Below, piece by piece: positions 17,363 to 32,894 of a DNA stretch of 64,000 nucleotides. The notes below the pieces were generated by a model. It was not told where the DNA came from, made no database searches, and worked only from the letters and a program-made list of their open reading frames with translations. The translations under genes were made by a program, and so were the position numbers. The stretch comes from the human T2T-CHM13v2.0 reference genome, Homo sapiens, in assembly GCF_009914755.1 (NCBI RefSeq), contig NC_060940.1. One strand, given 5' to 3'. Every line of letters begins with the position of its first letter. Within the stretch, counting starts at the first letter, position 1.

Positions 17363-17590
17363 TACATTGACCCAGCCTATAAGCTTCATGTTCTATAACA
17401 TGTACCCAATGTTCTTTAACATTTTCTAAGCTTAGCTTAGAAAAAGGTATTTTTTTTTTAAGTTGCTTCTTCCCTGGGGACTATAAAATAAATAAATAAA
17501 AATAAGAATAAAAGTTATTGACCATAAATATATACATCCATAAGTACCCTTAACAATTAAAAATTTAAAAAAAAAATTCTCTCTGAAACA

Positions 17591-17593
<3 letters not shown>

Positions 17594-17629
<36 letters not shown>
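17594..17629. repeat. (AC)18 microsatellite; (UG)18 in the CREBBP pre-mRNA
   Basis: Read directly. Confidence 0.97.
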
Positions 17630-17632
<3 letters not shown>

Positions 17633-17737
17633 AGTTACTGAAAGAGAACTGTTTCAGTGCAGTGGTTCTATACTGGGGATACACTTCAGAATTATTTGTG
17701 AACATTTTAAAAATGATTCTGAATCACTGTTCTAGAG

Positions 17738-17940
17738 CAGGGGTTGGCAATCTCCCAGGGCAAACACACTGAGCTGCTTGTTTCTGTAAATAAAGCTTTA
17801 TTGGCACACAGCCACCTCATTTATGTACCACAGCAGCTTCTGCACTACAAGAACAGAAGTGATGAAAACCAAGATTGAATGGCCTGCAAAGCTGAAAATA
17901 TTTAGTATCTGGCCCTTTACACGAAGTTTGCTAATCCTTG
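17738..17940. mobile_element. MER58A (hAT-Charlie) with perfect 8-bp TSD TTCTAGAG
   Basis: caggggttggcaa...tttgctaatccttg; TSD at 17730-17737 and 17941-17948. Confidence 0.85.
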
Positions 17941-18050
17941 TTCTAGAGAAATGAAATGTTATGGAAAGTTAAGAATAATCATTTAGTGAGGAAATCTAAT
18001 ATATAATAATGACTTATGCAGCATTATTTCACATTAAAAACTCAAAACAA

Positions 18051-18380
18051 GGCTGGGTACGGTAGCTTACTCCTGTAATCCCAGCACTTTGGGAGGCCGA
18101 GGTGGGTGGATCACCTGAGGTCAGGAGATCGAGATCAGCCTGGCCAACATGGTGAAATCCCGTCTCTACTAAAAATACAAAAAAAAAAAAAAAAAAAAAA
18201 AAAATTAGCTGGGTGTGGTGGCGGGCATCTGTAACCCCAGGTACTTGGCAGGCTTAGGCAGGAGAATCGCTTGAACCCGGGAGGCGGAGGTTGCAGAGCC
18301 GAGATTGTACCACTGCACTCCAGTCTGGGCAACAAAACGAGACCCTGTCTTAAAACAGACAAACAAACAAAAAAAAACTT
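18051..18380 (+). mobile_element. AluS with an expanded A26 central linker
   Basis: Full dimer; A-run at 18179-18204. Confidence 0.92.
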
Positions 18381-19016
18381 AAAACAAGAATTTTATCTTT
18401 TAGGGAGGATTTGGTGTGTTTTAAATACATGTATATTTTGTATACAGTAGCAATGATACGCACTACAACTAACAAAAGAGGAAAAAAGGAAGGAATAAAT
18501 GGAAAATCAATTTCTTCAGCTCTAGATTGAGAAATTAAAAACATTTAACAAGAAGGGAACTATTGAAATGATTCTGTTAGCTTGATTTCACCTGGCAGTG
18601 GAGACAGGTCAAAAGAAACAAAAGCCAAATCATCAAGAGTGAATTCATGGGTCCTTCTCACTCGCTTTTTAAAATCCTAATGCCTCTCAGGGTCACGTTA
18701 AAGTTAGAATTTAAAATACACAAACAAAAAATAAGAAAACAAAAACTCAAAGATCAAAACACAAAAGCATACAAACCAAAAATTCTAAATCCATTCCCAC
18801 TTTTGCATATAGTTAACCCAGAAAGGATAAGAGAAATTCCAAACGAGTTAAGGACTACAGGACAAAGGTGGAGAAAACAAAGAGAAGCTGATACAAAGAC
18901 ATGAAATGTGCATTCTGGAATTTTAATTTCCACGAAGGAAGACAGAAAAAAAAAACCAAAACTTAACACAAGAATTTTATTTCCTAGGGAGCCACGGTCC
19001 CAGTGGGGCACAGTAC

Positions 19017-19196
19017 CTGTGACACGCCTGTTTGGGCTGGCGGCTGCCCCATGCCCACACTCATCGCCCCGCTGGATGACGGGAACTGGTTCTGTGGCAG
19101 AAACTGGCTCTGAGCGGGCGCCTGGGCCATCATGTTGTTGGTGTGTGCACCCATCATGTTCGGAGGCTGAGGCATTCGGGAAGGAGAAATGGCCAT
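19017..19196 (-). CDS. CREBBP: CREBBP exon 13 (180 nt), MAISPSRMPQPPNMM...QTGVSQ
   Basis: Acceptor tctcgtag|ATG, donor CAG|gtactg; ORF 18984..19196. Confidence 0.97.
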
Positions 19197-19834
19197 CTAC
19201 GAGACAACAAGCACCACCAGAGCTGTAGTTCGGAAGCTGACGGCCAGAGTTTTCAAGGTGAGCCAGAATGATCCAAGGCTTCACAACCCCAGAGGATGGC
19301 AAGCACAGGGCTCACATCCTGCCCTTCCTCATGGGAAGAGACCACCACTTGCTAAGAACTCCCGCGCTCCTGGGCACCTTACACACTTTCTCAGGCAATC
19401 TCTCAAATGAGCCAGCTTCAAAATGTCCTCTGAATAGAAATCAATAGCAGGCTATAATTTAAAGTTTAAGACATGCCTATGAGTTCTCTAAAGTGTTTAG
19501 AAAGCAGCCTCGGAACAGCGAGCTCTCAGTCAACAGATGCTGACAATTCCCTGCTGGCCACATATCTGAGGCTGCCTTCTCCAGCCTTGGAACTCCCACA
19601 TTCTCACAAAGCCACACATTCCTATGAATTTGTTATTCCAATAAAATAACTAACAGTCAAATAATTCTGTGTAGTAATAATTTTTTTAAAATGAGAGATG
19701 AAAGAAATAAAGCATAACCCAAATTCAAAGGAACAAGAACCACAGGATTCTCAAGTGACATGAATTCTGCTGCTTAGATAATGTTCCATGTGAGAGGGAG
19801 GGCTATCTGCAGCACAGCGAAAGAGAACACTTAC

Positions 19835-19959
19835 CCCTGGCACTGAGCCCATGCTGTTCATCTGGACAGAGTGGTTCATTGGGGAGGCTGCACGAGGTCC
19901 CATGGGTGCTTGTGGCAACTGGACGTTCCCCAAGGACATGGGGTTAAATGAATTCATCC
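19835..19959 (-). CDS. CREBBP: CREBBP exon 12 (125 nt), MNSFNPMSLGNVQLPQAPMGPRAASPMNHSVQMNSMGSVPG
   Basis: Acceptor tttacag|GGA, donor GGG|gtaagt; ORF 19751..19975. Confidence 0.97.
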
Positions 19960-21181
19960 CTGTAAATGTACCCACAACGGTTCATTAGGAAAAGCACCCA
20001 CAGGAAAACAGAATTACAACTTGCTAAATAAACTCTTAAGTAAAATAAGATGGAACGCACAGGCAACAGAAAACTGAAAAGAAATCACCCAATTAATCAA
20101 TGAAGATGATGAAGGAACAGACTTCTCCATATCCAGAGAAAACGGCATCAATGTGGGGGTGGTGACGGTGGCATGGTGAGGGGTACCAGGGAAGGACGAG
20201 GACATGAAGGCATAAGGTTGGGTAAGACAGGAACAAGTGAGACATTAAACGAGGCTGTGGTAGAGCTGAGCCAGAGGGCACAGTACCAAAGTGTCATAGC
20301 AACAAAGAGGGTGAGGAGGTGCCCTGAAAGGACAGCACCCTCACAAGCTACAGAAGAGATGTTTCCAGAGACCAGGGCAAGCTTCTGTGCACACCCATAC
20401 CTAATGCCTCTGGAGCAGCTGACGCCCATCATCCGAGGATTCCCAGCTCCTTGCTGGGTTTACATTCATTGTTAGAATCTGTGCTAAGTCTCCAAATGTT
20501 CTTTTAATTTTGCAAGCACCTTAAGCATTAAGAAGTGCCCAAGGGTCAGCCGTCCTCAACCTTAGCCTCCTGTAGTTTACAGGAACACCACATCACTGAA
20601 AGACACTTCACAGCCAGTAAGTGTCTCCAGACTGCGGTGTCTAGTTCCTTCCAATTTCCAATAATACTCTGTAAACTCTGAGTTCTAAAGAAGCACCAGT
20701 TCAAATTAGTCTTAGGACCAACACTAGAATCTGACAGAACCCTTTAGAGAATTTCTGGAAGGTGCTGCCTTAGCGCTGCTGTAGTCATGAGAAGGCTCAA
20801 AGGATGACTCACGGAGCACTACCTTCAATGGCTACCTAGAAATGGTACCCTCAAATAACGGAGTGCCGATGCAGACCAGGAAGACTTTCCAGGGAGTCTA
20901 TAATGTAAGCTTCCCCACTCCTTGAGAATTTTTTTAAACAAAATGAAAAACAATTACTAAGGAACAGCACTTAAAGAAATCTGTATTTACCCAGATGTGC
21001 TGGTAGGGAGGTTGCTAAGTGCATAACTAGAAAACATCTATTCCAATATTCTGCTGGTAAACAGCAGGGGCATCATACCCCACACCAGCAGCATCTTCCT
21101 ATCCAGGCTGAAGTCCTGGACCAATCCCCAACACAGCATCCAGCCACTTTCCCAAGGCTCAATTTCTCTGACTCCTTGATT

Positions 21182-21483
<302 letters not shown>

Positions 21484-21995
21484 GACTCCTTGATTTCTTT
21501 CAAAAATCAAAGCCTGAGCAAAGCCTCTTTCCTTAGAGTCTTCTGGATAATGTCACCACCTTGTTTCACAACCTGGAAAAATGTCCTCCTGCTTGGGTCT
21601 CAATGGTCAAGAGCTACAGGGTTTTCAAATGCTCCCTGCCCCAAAATAAAAATCACTGCTTCAACCAACCAAAAACCAGAGGCTCTCTACTTAAGAACCT
21701 TTCAAGGTTGTTGAGACAGCTGCTGACACCCCAACCTGGCACAGGACCTGTGTGTACACTCTCTCCAGAAGTTGACATCCAGCCAGCTGGGCTTAACCCC
21801 TAGGGCCAAGAGCAGCCCGTGCCGTCCCCATTTCAGCCTCTGCAAGTGCTCAGCAGTCTAGGACTGTCTTGCATGCTTCTCCTTCTCAGCATTCAGAAGC
21901 ACTCCCTCCCCACATCTAGGGTGCTTCTTTCTCGGACTCTTCCTAAGAGTAACGTACCACACCCCCTTCACCATCCATTAAAAAAATAAAAAGCT

Positions 21996-22725
<730 letters not shown>

Positions 22726-22877
22726 CTACCTGTAGAACTGAATTCTGCTTATCAGCAAAAAGGAATGGAAAGAAGAAAGGGTTAGAAAGAAATATACAGG
22801 GGGAGAGGAAAAAACAGTGAAAGTTATGGCTGTTGAATGTAAAACTAAAATATGATTCACCACAAACAGTTCAATAC

Positions 22878-22922
22878 CTTGAGAAACTTGCATGCGATTC
22901 ACTGGCAGGGACAGGGGTCCAT
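22878..22922 (-). CDS. CREBBP: CREBBP exon 11 (45 nt, phase 1-1), NGPLSLPVNRMQVSQG
   Basis: Translated by hand; acceptor ccaccatag|ATG, donor AAG|gtattg. Confidence 0.94.
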
Positions 22923-23275
22923 CTATGGTGGCAAAACAAAAACAAAAACAAAACCACCCTAGTTATTTAATATAATCCTTGATTCAGGAATAGGAAATTT
23001 CTTATTAGGACTTCAAACTTAAAAGGGAAAACAGCCAATAGGTCCAAAAGCACGTGTGTTCCAATGCCAGCGCACCCTGTAAAGGGCCTTCCCAAGAGAG
23101 AAACTCAGTGTCCCAACACAGCCTGAGGCAGGTGGTCAGGGCCACTGCCACATCAACAGCTTCTGCAGGGCATGCATCAGATATTCTAATTCTCTGTTCT
23201 TAGAAATACACCCCAAACACGAAGGAAAACCAAGGAAACAGGCTAAGGGATGGCAGTAGGAAATAAAATCCTTAC

Positions 23276-23447
23276 TTGGAGGTCTCACAGGTTGTGCCTG
23301 TGGAATCACAGGGGGCTGAGCCCCCGGGGCTGGTAAGGCTGGCTGGTTCCCCAAGATGCCTTGTTTATGTAAACGCGACCTCCGTTTTTCTTCTAGTTCT
23401 TTTTGTATCTTGTAGATTTTCTCTGCTAATAAGTGATAATATTCATC
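23276..23447 (-). CDS. CREBBP: CREBBP exon 10 (172 nt), KIX helix 3 (DEYYHLLAEKIYKIQKELEEKRRSRL...VRPP)
   Basis: Acceptor ctttttag|GAT, donor CAA|gtaagg. Confidence 0.98.
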
Positions 23448-23964
23448 CTAAAAAGCAATAATATTCAATATGAAACAGTTAAAACTGTAAAAAGCAACTG
23501 AATGATCTGTGTTGTAGGTTCTAACTAATGAACTTCCTCATTGAGTACACTGGCAAAAGTAGTATGCAAATACCTGATACACCAGAAGCCCACATTCTTG
23601 CTGAATTCCCAATGACTTTATAGGACATATCAAATAGTAGGTACTTAATACATGTTCCATTTCATTCAAATGAACTTCTTGAATATTCACTGATGCTAAC
23701 AATATTACAACACCACCTACTATGAAAAATATATCCCATGGATATAATGTAAATTTATATACTCCATGCACCAATGTAGCTAATCAAGAGAGTTCTGCAG
23801 GAGATTTGTGTCTTATCTGGGAAGTCTCCTTGGTCAGTGGCCTCAAGGGGAGGAGTCTGTCCCAACTACATAGATTCCACTATTTCCAGATAACAAAGCA
23901 GACAAATGTAGTGCTGTCTACTACAGATGCTGTAGAGGCCAGAGCACGGTAAACAGCAACCTAC

Positions 23965-24738
<774 letters not shown>

Positions 24739-25090
24739 TGAAGCTACTTCCAATGCCATCAAATAAGCACTACAAAATCAGGATCATGTATCTCTGGTGG
24801 CAATACAGTGTGGAGAGAAATGCCAAGCCTCTCTTGCCTCGCATGTCAATACATGAATGAAGTTAACTCCCTGGAGACAATCCTGACCTATCAACTTATC
24901 TACACATCAAACACATCAATATTTTGCTATTAACAAGTATGTGCTGGGTCATTTCCAGAATAACACGATTTTCAAATCCCTAATTTTTAAACTACTTATT
25001 ACTAAAAAAAATTTGATCAAAATAAGGAAGGGAAAAAACTCAAAGGGAATGTAAGTCTAGCTCATTTAAAATAACTAGCTCAACAACGTT

Positions 25091-25529
<439 letters not shown>

Positions 25530-25996
25530 TTAACTGTTAACTTTCCGTTATGTTAACTAACTGTAAGGTGATAATGACATGCCATCTATACTCTAAACTT
25601 TTCCAATTCTGAGGGGTCTCCACAACTAGAATCTGGAACTACAAAATAAGGTGAGGCTCTTGAGCTAACCCCAGCCCCCTCACGCAGCCTAAAGTGCAGA
25701 AGCACATTAAGGCCGGGCTGCACTGAGGGTCTTTGCCTCGGTGATAGGGGCTGCAAGTCAGTGCCCCTCGGCAGTACAGAGCCACCAATGCTCTCTTTGT
25801 CACCCCCGCTCACCGAGGACATAGAGTGTGGGAATCTCTGGCCTGCCTAGGGCTGCCAGAACTCTACCAGCAGTGAGAGTGGCTCCCTAAATAAGCACGT
25901 GACTTGTATAGGCTCCTAGGGTACTGTCATCTGGTAGCCAATGGGCAACACAGGAATAAAATCAAACATCTATGAAACTGCAAAACTGTTACGTAC

Positions 25997-26143
25997 AGTT
26001 TATGCACTAGATGGCTCCGCAGGTCCTGAGTGACATGTTCGTGCCAGCCTTTCCTTACACCGGTGCTAGAAGGAGGAGCTGCTGTTGGTATAGTGCTGAG
26101 GGTTCCAATGTTACCAGAGTTGGAGCCATCGTTCATCAGTGGG
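25997..26143 (-). CDS. CREBBP: CREBBP exon 8 (147 nt), start of KIX domain (GVRKGWHEHVTQDLRSHLVHKL)
   Basis: Acceptor tccttag|CCC, donor ACT|gtacgt; ORF 25927..26196. Confidence 0.98.
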
Positions 26144-26468
26144 CTAAGGAGGAAATAAAGACACTTCATCCATCTACTGAAGTGACTCAAACACACTTTG
26201 TCTAGTAAGGTTCTTCTGCCACCACATGTGACTTTTAAAAGTTTAAGTCAGGAGAGCCAAGTGATGTAAATAAATAAAACTTAAACTATGTTTTAATCTA
26301 TTATCTGCTCTACATTTATAATTAAAGAAAAAAAGGAAAACAGCATTCACCCCTCACCACCCCATTTAAACTATTTTCTCTGCCACACATTTAGAAAGAA
26401 TCAGTTTTGTGTGGTTCTCAGTCCATGCTCCTGTTGGACTGTCACTCAGATCTGAAACAGGGTCTTAC

Positions 26469-26571
26469 TTTGTGGCCCCCAGGGAAGTCGGAAGAGCTGA
26501 TTCTGAAATCAAGTTTGGGGGCTGCTGATCTGTTGTTATTCCTCCTGCTGGAATGTTCATTGGATTATTTC
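26469..26571 (-). CDS. CREBBP: CREBBP exon 7 (103 nt), NNPMNIPAGGITTDQQPPNLISESALPTSLGAT
   Basis: Translated by hand; acceptor tctttaaag|GAA, donor CAA|gtaaga; keeps frame between exons 6 and 8. Confidence 0.96.
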
Positions 26572-27948
26572 CTTTAAAGACAGAAAAGAAATCAATCAAC
26601 AGTTAAATTTTAATATATACTTCAAAGTTTTGATGACAGATAACCAACATGCCACCATATAAACAATTGGTGGTTATTTAAATAAGTGATTCTGGCCAGT
26701 TATAGTAAGCACTGCGGCAGGAACTCTGAGTGTCATATTTTCAATAATGGTAATCAACGTGCACAAATAATCAGTAGACACCCTCCCCACTCTACTTTGT
26801 AACCAAAGTAAGGTGTGTTTATGGAGGTTAGCTGCTATCTAAGTGAAAAAGTTATAAATGACCCACATGCAGCCTCTTACTTTCATTCTGCTTCATTAGT
26901 ATCGCTCCTGAGTGACTCAGCTGCACTGACACACACCTCTGTGTCTCCACCCCCAATATCAGAAAATAAAATCATAGAAATTAAGCTCAGGAAAAAAATA
27001 TAGAGGTCAATTTGTCTACAATCTTCCTATTAAAGGAAACGAAAGCTGAGACTAAAAAAGGTTAAGCTAGTCCCAAATTATACCATCAACAGGAGAGGAG
27101 TTAGATTAACACTTGGGTCTCAGGATTCTAACTCAGTCTCCTGGCCAGTATTAGTTAGACATTCATTAGGGCAGTTGTTTTCCAGAAAGCAACAAGTAAG
27201 ATGACTTTAGCTGGGCATATTTTAAGGAGTAATTTTTAAGTGTAAAATAGTTACTCTATTAGGGAAAGAACAAAACTAGCACAACTAGTCAGCCAGTCTT
27301 GACTTCACAGACATCACTGCTTAGCTTAAGCCTAAATGTAAAGGGACTGTGTCCACTTAAAGAAAAATATTAAGGAAACCATATGCAGAAATGGCAAAAT
27401 CATGGCGATGTGTGAGCAAACGATCAAAGGCTGGCAAATAATGGGCTGGGGTGACAAAAGAAACCATGACATGTCCAGCAGCCTGAGCCAAGAGTTTCCA
27501 GGACTCCTGTCATTGTCATTAACCTGCTGAAGTCCAGGCTGGTCACTTCCAACTGAGGGGTAGACCCTAACCAAGATGTGTGAGAAACTGGCAAACACAA
27601 GTACTCCAACAAATAAATGACAACAGTCAGCATGAGGCGTCCAGTCAGCATCCTGACTTGTGAGATCTGCATTCTGAGGCACATGGCACATTCTTTATGA
27701 AAACCGTCCAGACAGAAGTGGCACAGCAAGCAACAAAAACATTGCTTCATTTGCAAATGCTGCTCTTTTTATAAGCATGTAACATTTTCCTTGCATCAGA
27801 TACTTCAGCTTTTTCCTGGGAGATTTTTTATTTCAACCACCGTAGTAAAAAACACAAAACAAACTGAAAACTGCCTTGGGTTCCATCACTCCATTCCCTT
27901 TGCTGCATGTGGACAAGTAAGAACGAAGTTGAGAGTTCCTTCACCTAC

Positions 27949-28191
27949 CCAGGGGGTTGAGAGTCCTCATCTGCTGGTGGGTTTGAGGCTGTGCTGGTTG
28001 CTGGCCAGGAACCTGAGGCTGCAGCTGCGTCTGGGGCTGGTTCATGTAGGGGAGTCCGAGAGCAGCATAGGCTCGCTGCATGGAGCTGGGGTCTATGGGA
28101 TTTGGGTTACTTAAAGAAGTGGCATTCTGTTGCCCTGTGCCAACAGAACCAATTGTGTTTTGAATTCCACTAGCTGGAGACCCCAGGATGG
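27949..28191 (-). CDS. CREBBP: CREBBP exon 6 (243 nt), ILGSPASGIQNT...MRTLNPL
   Basis: Acceptor gttatag|CCA, donor TGG|gtaggt; ORF 27941..28219. Confidence 0.97.
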
Positions 28192-31100
28192 CTATAACGA
28201 CAAACAGACAGACAGACAAAAACGAGAGGTAAGTAAAAGGGAGAAGCCCACGAATGATTTAAAAACTATTGAGAAGCAAATACATTTCATCAAAATACTA
28301 CACATGAATATCATAAAGCAGTAAACAAGCCTAGGGAGAAAGGAACTGTGCTGAAGGACTCATTTATTCTGCCTAGCAGTAAGTGAGGAACAAAAAGTTA
28401 AAGAAAAGTCAAGTTTCTATCTTAGCATGCAACAGACCATAAAATCTCACAGATAACACTTGAAAAAAATTATTATGTCTTAAAACCTAGAGACTCCTCA
28501 AGAAGTCAGTTCCAGGGAGTGGCAAATGTATGACAAGGGAAACGTCTGATTCTCTGGGGACCAGCAGACACCTCTGAGATGAACAGAGGAGCCCCCTCCT
28601 GTTGACCCCAACCCTGTCCTTCACTGCTCACCTGCACAGGTACAGAGGGCTTAAGAGAAGGAGCAGAGATGATACCTGGTCGGTCAGTTTTGATTAATAA
28701 ATCTATAATGTGCTCTTCCAAATCACATAATTGCAAGTCCTTGAAACATACACAAACAATGACAGCATGGACATATCCTTCTGATGGGATTCCTATGCAG
28801 CAGAGCACCATGCTGAGCTCTCCGGCTACATGAAGCTGTTCAAGAAATACTGTACTTGATTGATTGACTGACTGAGCTGTTTGAAATTAAGGTTGGAGTG
28901 AGGCTTCGCAATTCTGCATGGGTCTTATTATCCAGGGGCTACCTCAGCACCTCTGATATTCAGGAGGTGGCTCTGCCTCACGTGGCCAAAGTCAGCTTCT
29001 GCTACTGAGGCCCACTGCTGGCTGGCAGGGAAGCTGCCCCATCCAGCTAGCTAACCCCAGGAGACTAAAGGAAAAACTGGTGTCAACATAAGGAGCTCCA
29101 TCCCAAAGGGCTTCCAAGGTAATGGAGAGACAACTCCAAACTTGCATCAACTTGGACATTTCAAGGTCAATTCATCTACCCACCTACCTACCCACCTGTT
29201 ACCTGTTTGCCTGCCCCCTCATCTGTCGCAACAACCCAAATGCTGTTGTGTGAAAATTTATCATATGGCAGAAGTTCTATATGATACCATTTATTCCTAT
29301 TTTTGAGTTCCTTTCTAACTTCCACAAATTTTAGAGTCATGTTAAAAATAGCATCTTATAGTGTTGTTGCTATAACACACCATTTTTGATACATAAAACA
29401 CGACCACAAAGCCTTTCTTTCAAATCCCAACCACTATGTGTAACAGTAATATTCTCACATTCAACCATCAGCACACCTATAATAAACCCAATACCTACCA
29501 GAGCAACTTAATTAAACTAAAATGTGTGAAAAAAAATTCCTGGTAATTATACTTTCCATACTATTAACTTTTCTAATAATGATATTCAGATCAACTCATT
29601 AACACTCATCAGACACAACTACATACACCAAGCACTCATTAACATAAATGAAAAGCAACTCCCAAGGTGCACTTTATGACAAGTGTGTAGCTGAAGTAAG
29701 TCACGCACAATACCTTTAAAAGTATTCTAATACTTACTACTCCCCAAAACTTTAAACATGTGTCCACCATACTTCTGAAACCGACATCCTACATTTTTAA
29801 GAAGCACTATGGTATAGAAATCAAAGTTAACAGTGGTAGGATAGTTTATTTTTCTACAACCTTGCGCTGTAAGGAAGAACAGGGCTACACTATATTTAAC
29901 ACACATGGTGATGGACTGTGGAGAAGAACTTAAAAGAAACAAAGTATGGAGCCTTCCATTTCCCGTAAACCCTTTATTGACTTCTTCCTACTACATTTCT
30001 CTTTTATCCACACCTCCCCAAGTGCCATCTACTTAACTAAAATGCCCCACCTTACAGTGAATGCCACTCCTAAGCTCACAGCACTTACAGGGCAGCCAAC
30101 GCCTCATACTCACATAGGCCTCCCACGGAAGCTGCTGACACGGTCACTGCATTTTGTGTTAGAGGCATTCATTTTCTAAACGTAAACATTATTATATTTT
30201 TATTTTAAAAGAAAATATACCTATGAGAAGCATTTGGAACTCATCATTTCTAAAATTCAGAAGCAAAGGAAATTAATTATGAACAAATAAAGAAGGTCTC
30301 TGCCATTTAAGCATGGCTGAATTTGAAGTCCAAATGATGCTATTACATGAAATGACACAAATACTGAAGGGTAAGGGTGCTCAGGCATTCACTGCAGGGT
30401 GATGGCTGACTGAAAGGGGAGTCACTATGTATAAGCCACCATCAACTGTACTGCAACCTCAAGGTGCTCCAAGTGCTCCATGGTGGTATTCCCAATCCCT
30501 CTCTGAAATCCCACAGTGACTCCTGTACCCGCTTGTCTTTAGACACTGACCCTTCGTGTATTCACTCACTCACGTGACAGACTCAGTGAGTACACTCTGC
30601 CAGGCTCCCAGACATGGTGTGGGCACAATCTCTGCATTCCCTGAGCCTAGGGACAACAGATTATCTAATAATCACCTAATGCACCCAAACTGCACCTTGG
30701 AACCCTGGGACAGGGAAAATCAGGCTCATGTCACGTTCCCTGTGCATCCCTGAAAGGTGGGATTAATGTCAAATTCGGTTTTGCTCTTCACCACCTGCCA
30801 CATGGGCCACGTAACCTGCTGTGCAGAGTCCAGGGGACGTGCCAGCTATAGCGCAGCGGCCAGCACATCGTGGGCCCTCGCAGCGCAGCCCATGGAGTGT
30901 CTTGGAACTGAACAGAAATGCACGGAGATTGGTCCATCTACCTGGCATCCCTAAGGATGAAGTTTCTCTATTTATCCTTTCTGTATTATTGCCACTTAAC
31001 TTCTTCCAATGTCAAGGCCGTGTGCTCATTTGGCCATTTTTACATCTTTTTTCCTCGCTAGAGCATAAAGCTCTAACTTTTAGGAAGTCACAACACACCT

Positions 31101-31264
31101 GCAATGCACTAACACAGTGGCTGGGTTCTTCTGGGCCCATCAGGCAACACTCCTGTCCCGGATATTTACCTCTTTAAAGCTCCCCAACATCCCCTAGTCT
31201 CACCACCCCTTCTGATGTTGCTGAAGAAGGAGCCTATGACCTATGAACAAAAGGCCAAGTTTTA

Positions 31265-31646
<382 letters not shown>

Positions 31647-31869
31647 GGAATGTTCCACTAAGAGGTTTTCTGTACAGTCTATGTTGCTGATGCAAAGAAC
31701 TCAGTTACTCAGACAACTTAAGCCCCTAATCATCCTCAATAAAACTGAACTCCATTTGGAAATTCAGTGAAAACGGACATGAATCAAATCTCCAAACTTT
31801 GTGAGGGTAGGGGGAGACAGACCATGAAGCAGAGCAGTAGTTGCTACAGCTGATGCTTCACCAGCACGA

Positions 31870-32025
31870 GAGTGAGCCACGGGGTCACCCAACGCAGGCC
31901 AGAAACACAGTGCTTGCGGGAGGCGAAACTTGTGTATGGGGAAGGCCAGCTGTAGGGCTTGAGTCCACCTGGTTTTGGTATACCTGGGGTGTCCTGGAAC
32001 CAAATTCCCAAGGATACCAAGACAC
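31870..32025. mobile_element. MER2B-like Tigger MITE fragment
   Basis: ttttggtatacctggggtgtcctggaaccaaattcccaaggatacc terminus. Confidence 0.6.
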
Positions 32026-32063
32026 TTAGATTTCTACTAAAAAAGCAATGCTAGAATTTATTC

Positions 32064-32351
32064 AGGTGGCTCACGCCTGTAATCCCAGCACTTTGGGAGT
32101 ATGAGGGTGGGGAGATCACCTGAGGTCAGGAGTTCAAGACCAGCCTGGACAACATGGTGAAACCCCATCTCTGCTAAAAATACATAAAGTAGCCAGGCAT
32201 GGTGGCATGTGCCTGTAATCCCAGCTACTCGGGAGGCTGAGGCAGGAATCACTTGAACTAGGGAGACGGAGGTTGCGGTGAACTAAGATCGCGCCACTGC
32301 ACTCTAGCCTGGGCGACAGAGTGAGACTTCGTCTCAAAAAAAAAAAAAAAA
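32064..32351 (+). mobile_element. AluS
   Basis: TSD agaatttattcag. Confidence 0.92.
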
Positions 32352-32894
32352 GAATTTATTCAGACCTGCAGCCATCTCTACAAAGTTGCTGGTGGCACCA
32401 CCGTACCTTGCGGGCATTGTGTGGGCCAGGACCTACTTCCTACCTGGCACCTTCCTATGCACTGCGTGGGGCACCACAGTGAAGAGAAGCACTGAGGGGA
32501 ACCCAGGCACTGCCAGGCTGGAGACTCAGCCTCCTATCAGGCACGGCCACAAGCCCTCAAGCAAAAGGCTTTCTTCAGAAGCCAAGTGACACTGGCGCAG
32601 TGACACTGCTCCTTGCTAGCAAGGAGAAAAGCTGTTCAGATGAAACACATCACCCACGACCCTTTGGTGCTTAAGTCAGGGTCAATCAAGCCCACCATTC
32701 TCTCTACAGCCTTCAGATTCTGCTCCTTGCTGTCCCCCATCCCACTACAGTCTGTCAAAAGAGGTGAAAATCTCTGAAGGGCCCTCAAGTGAACAAAGGG
32801 CCTGCTCCACACACACTCACTGGGCACCTGATGGGCTATTCGATGAGTGGCAGTTCAAAGGACGGAGATCTTGACTCCATATAAAAAAAGGAGG

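Noticed and set aside
18754-19302. 182-aa minus-strand ORF overlapping exon 13 (and similarly 15785..16183 in exon 14)
   Set aside because: Alternative frames of GC-rich exons running into introns; the spliced CBP frame explains the sequence
19960-20085. Alternative acceptor ttcttttcag 114 nt upstream of exon 12
   Set aside because: The extension carries an in-frame TAA and nothing else suggests it is used
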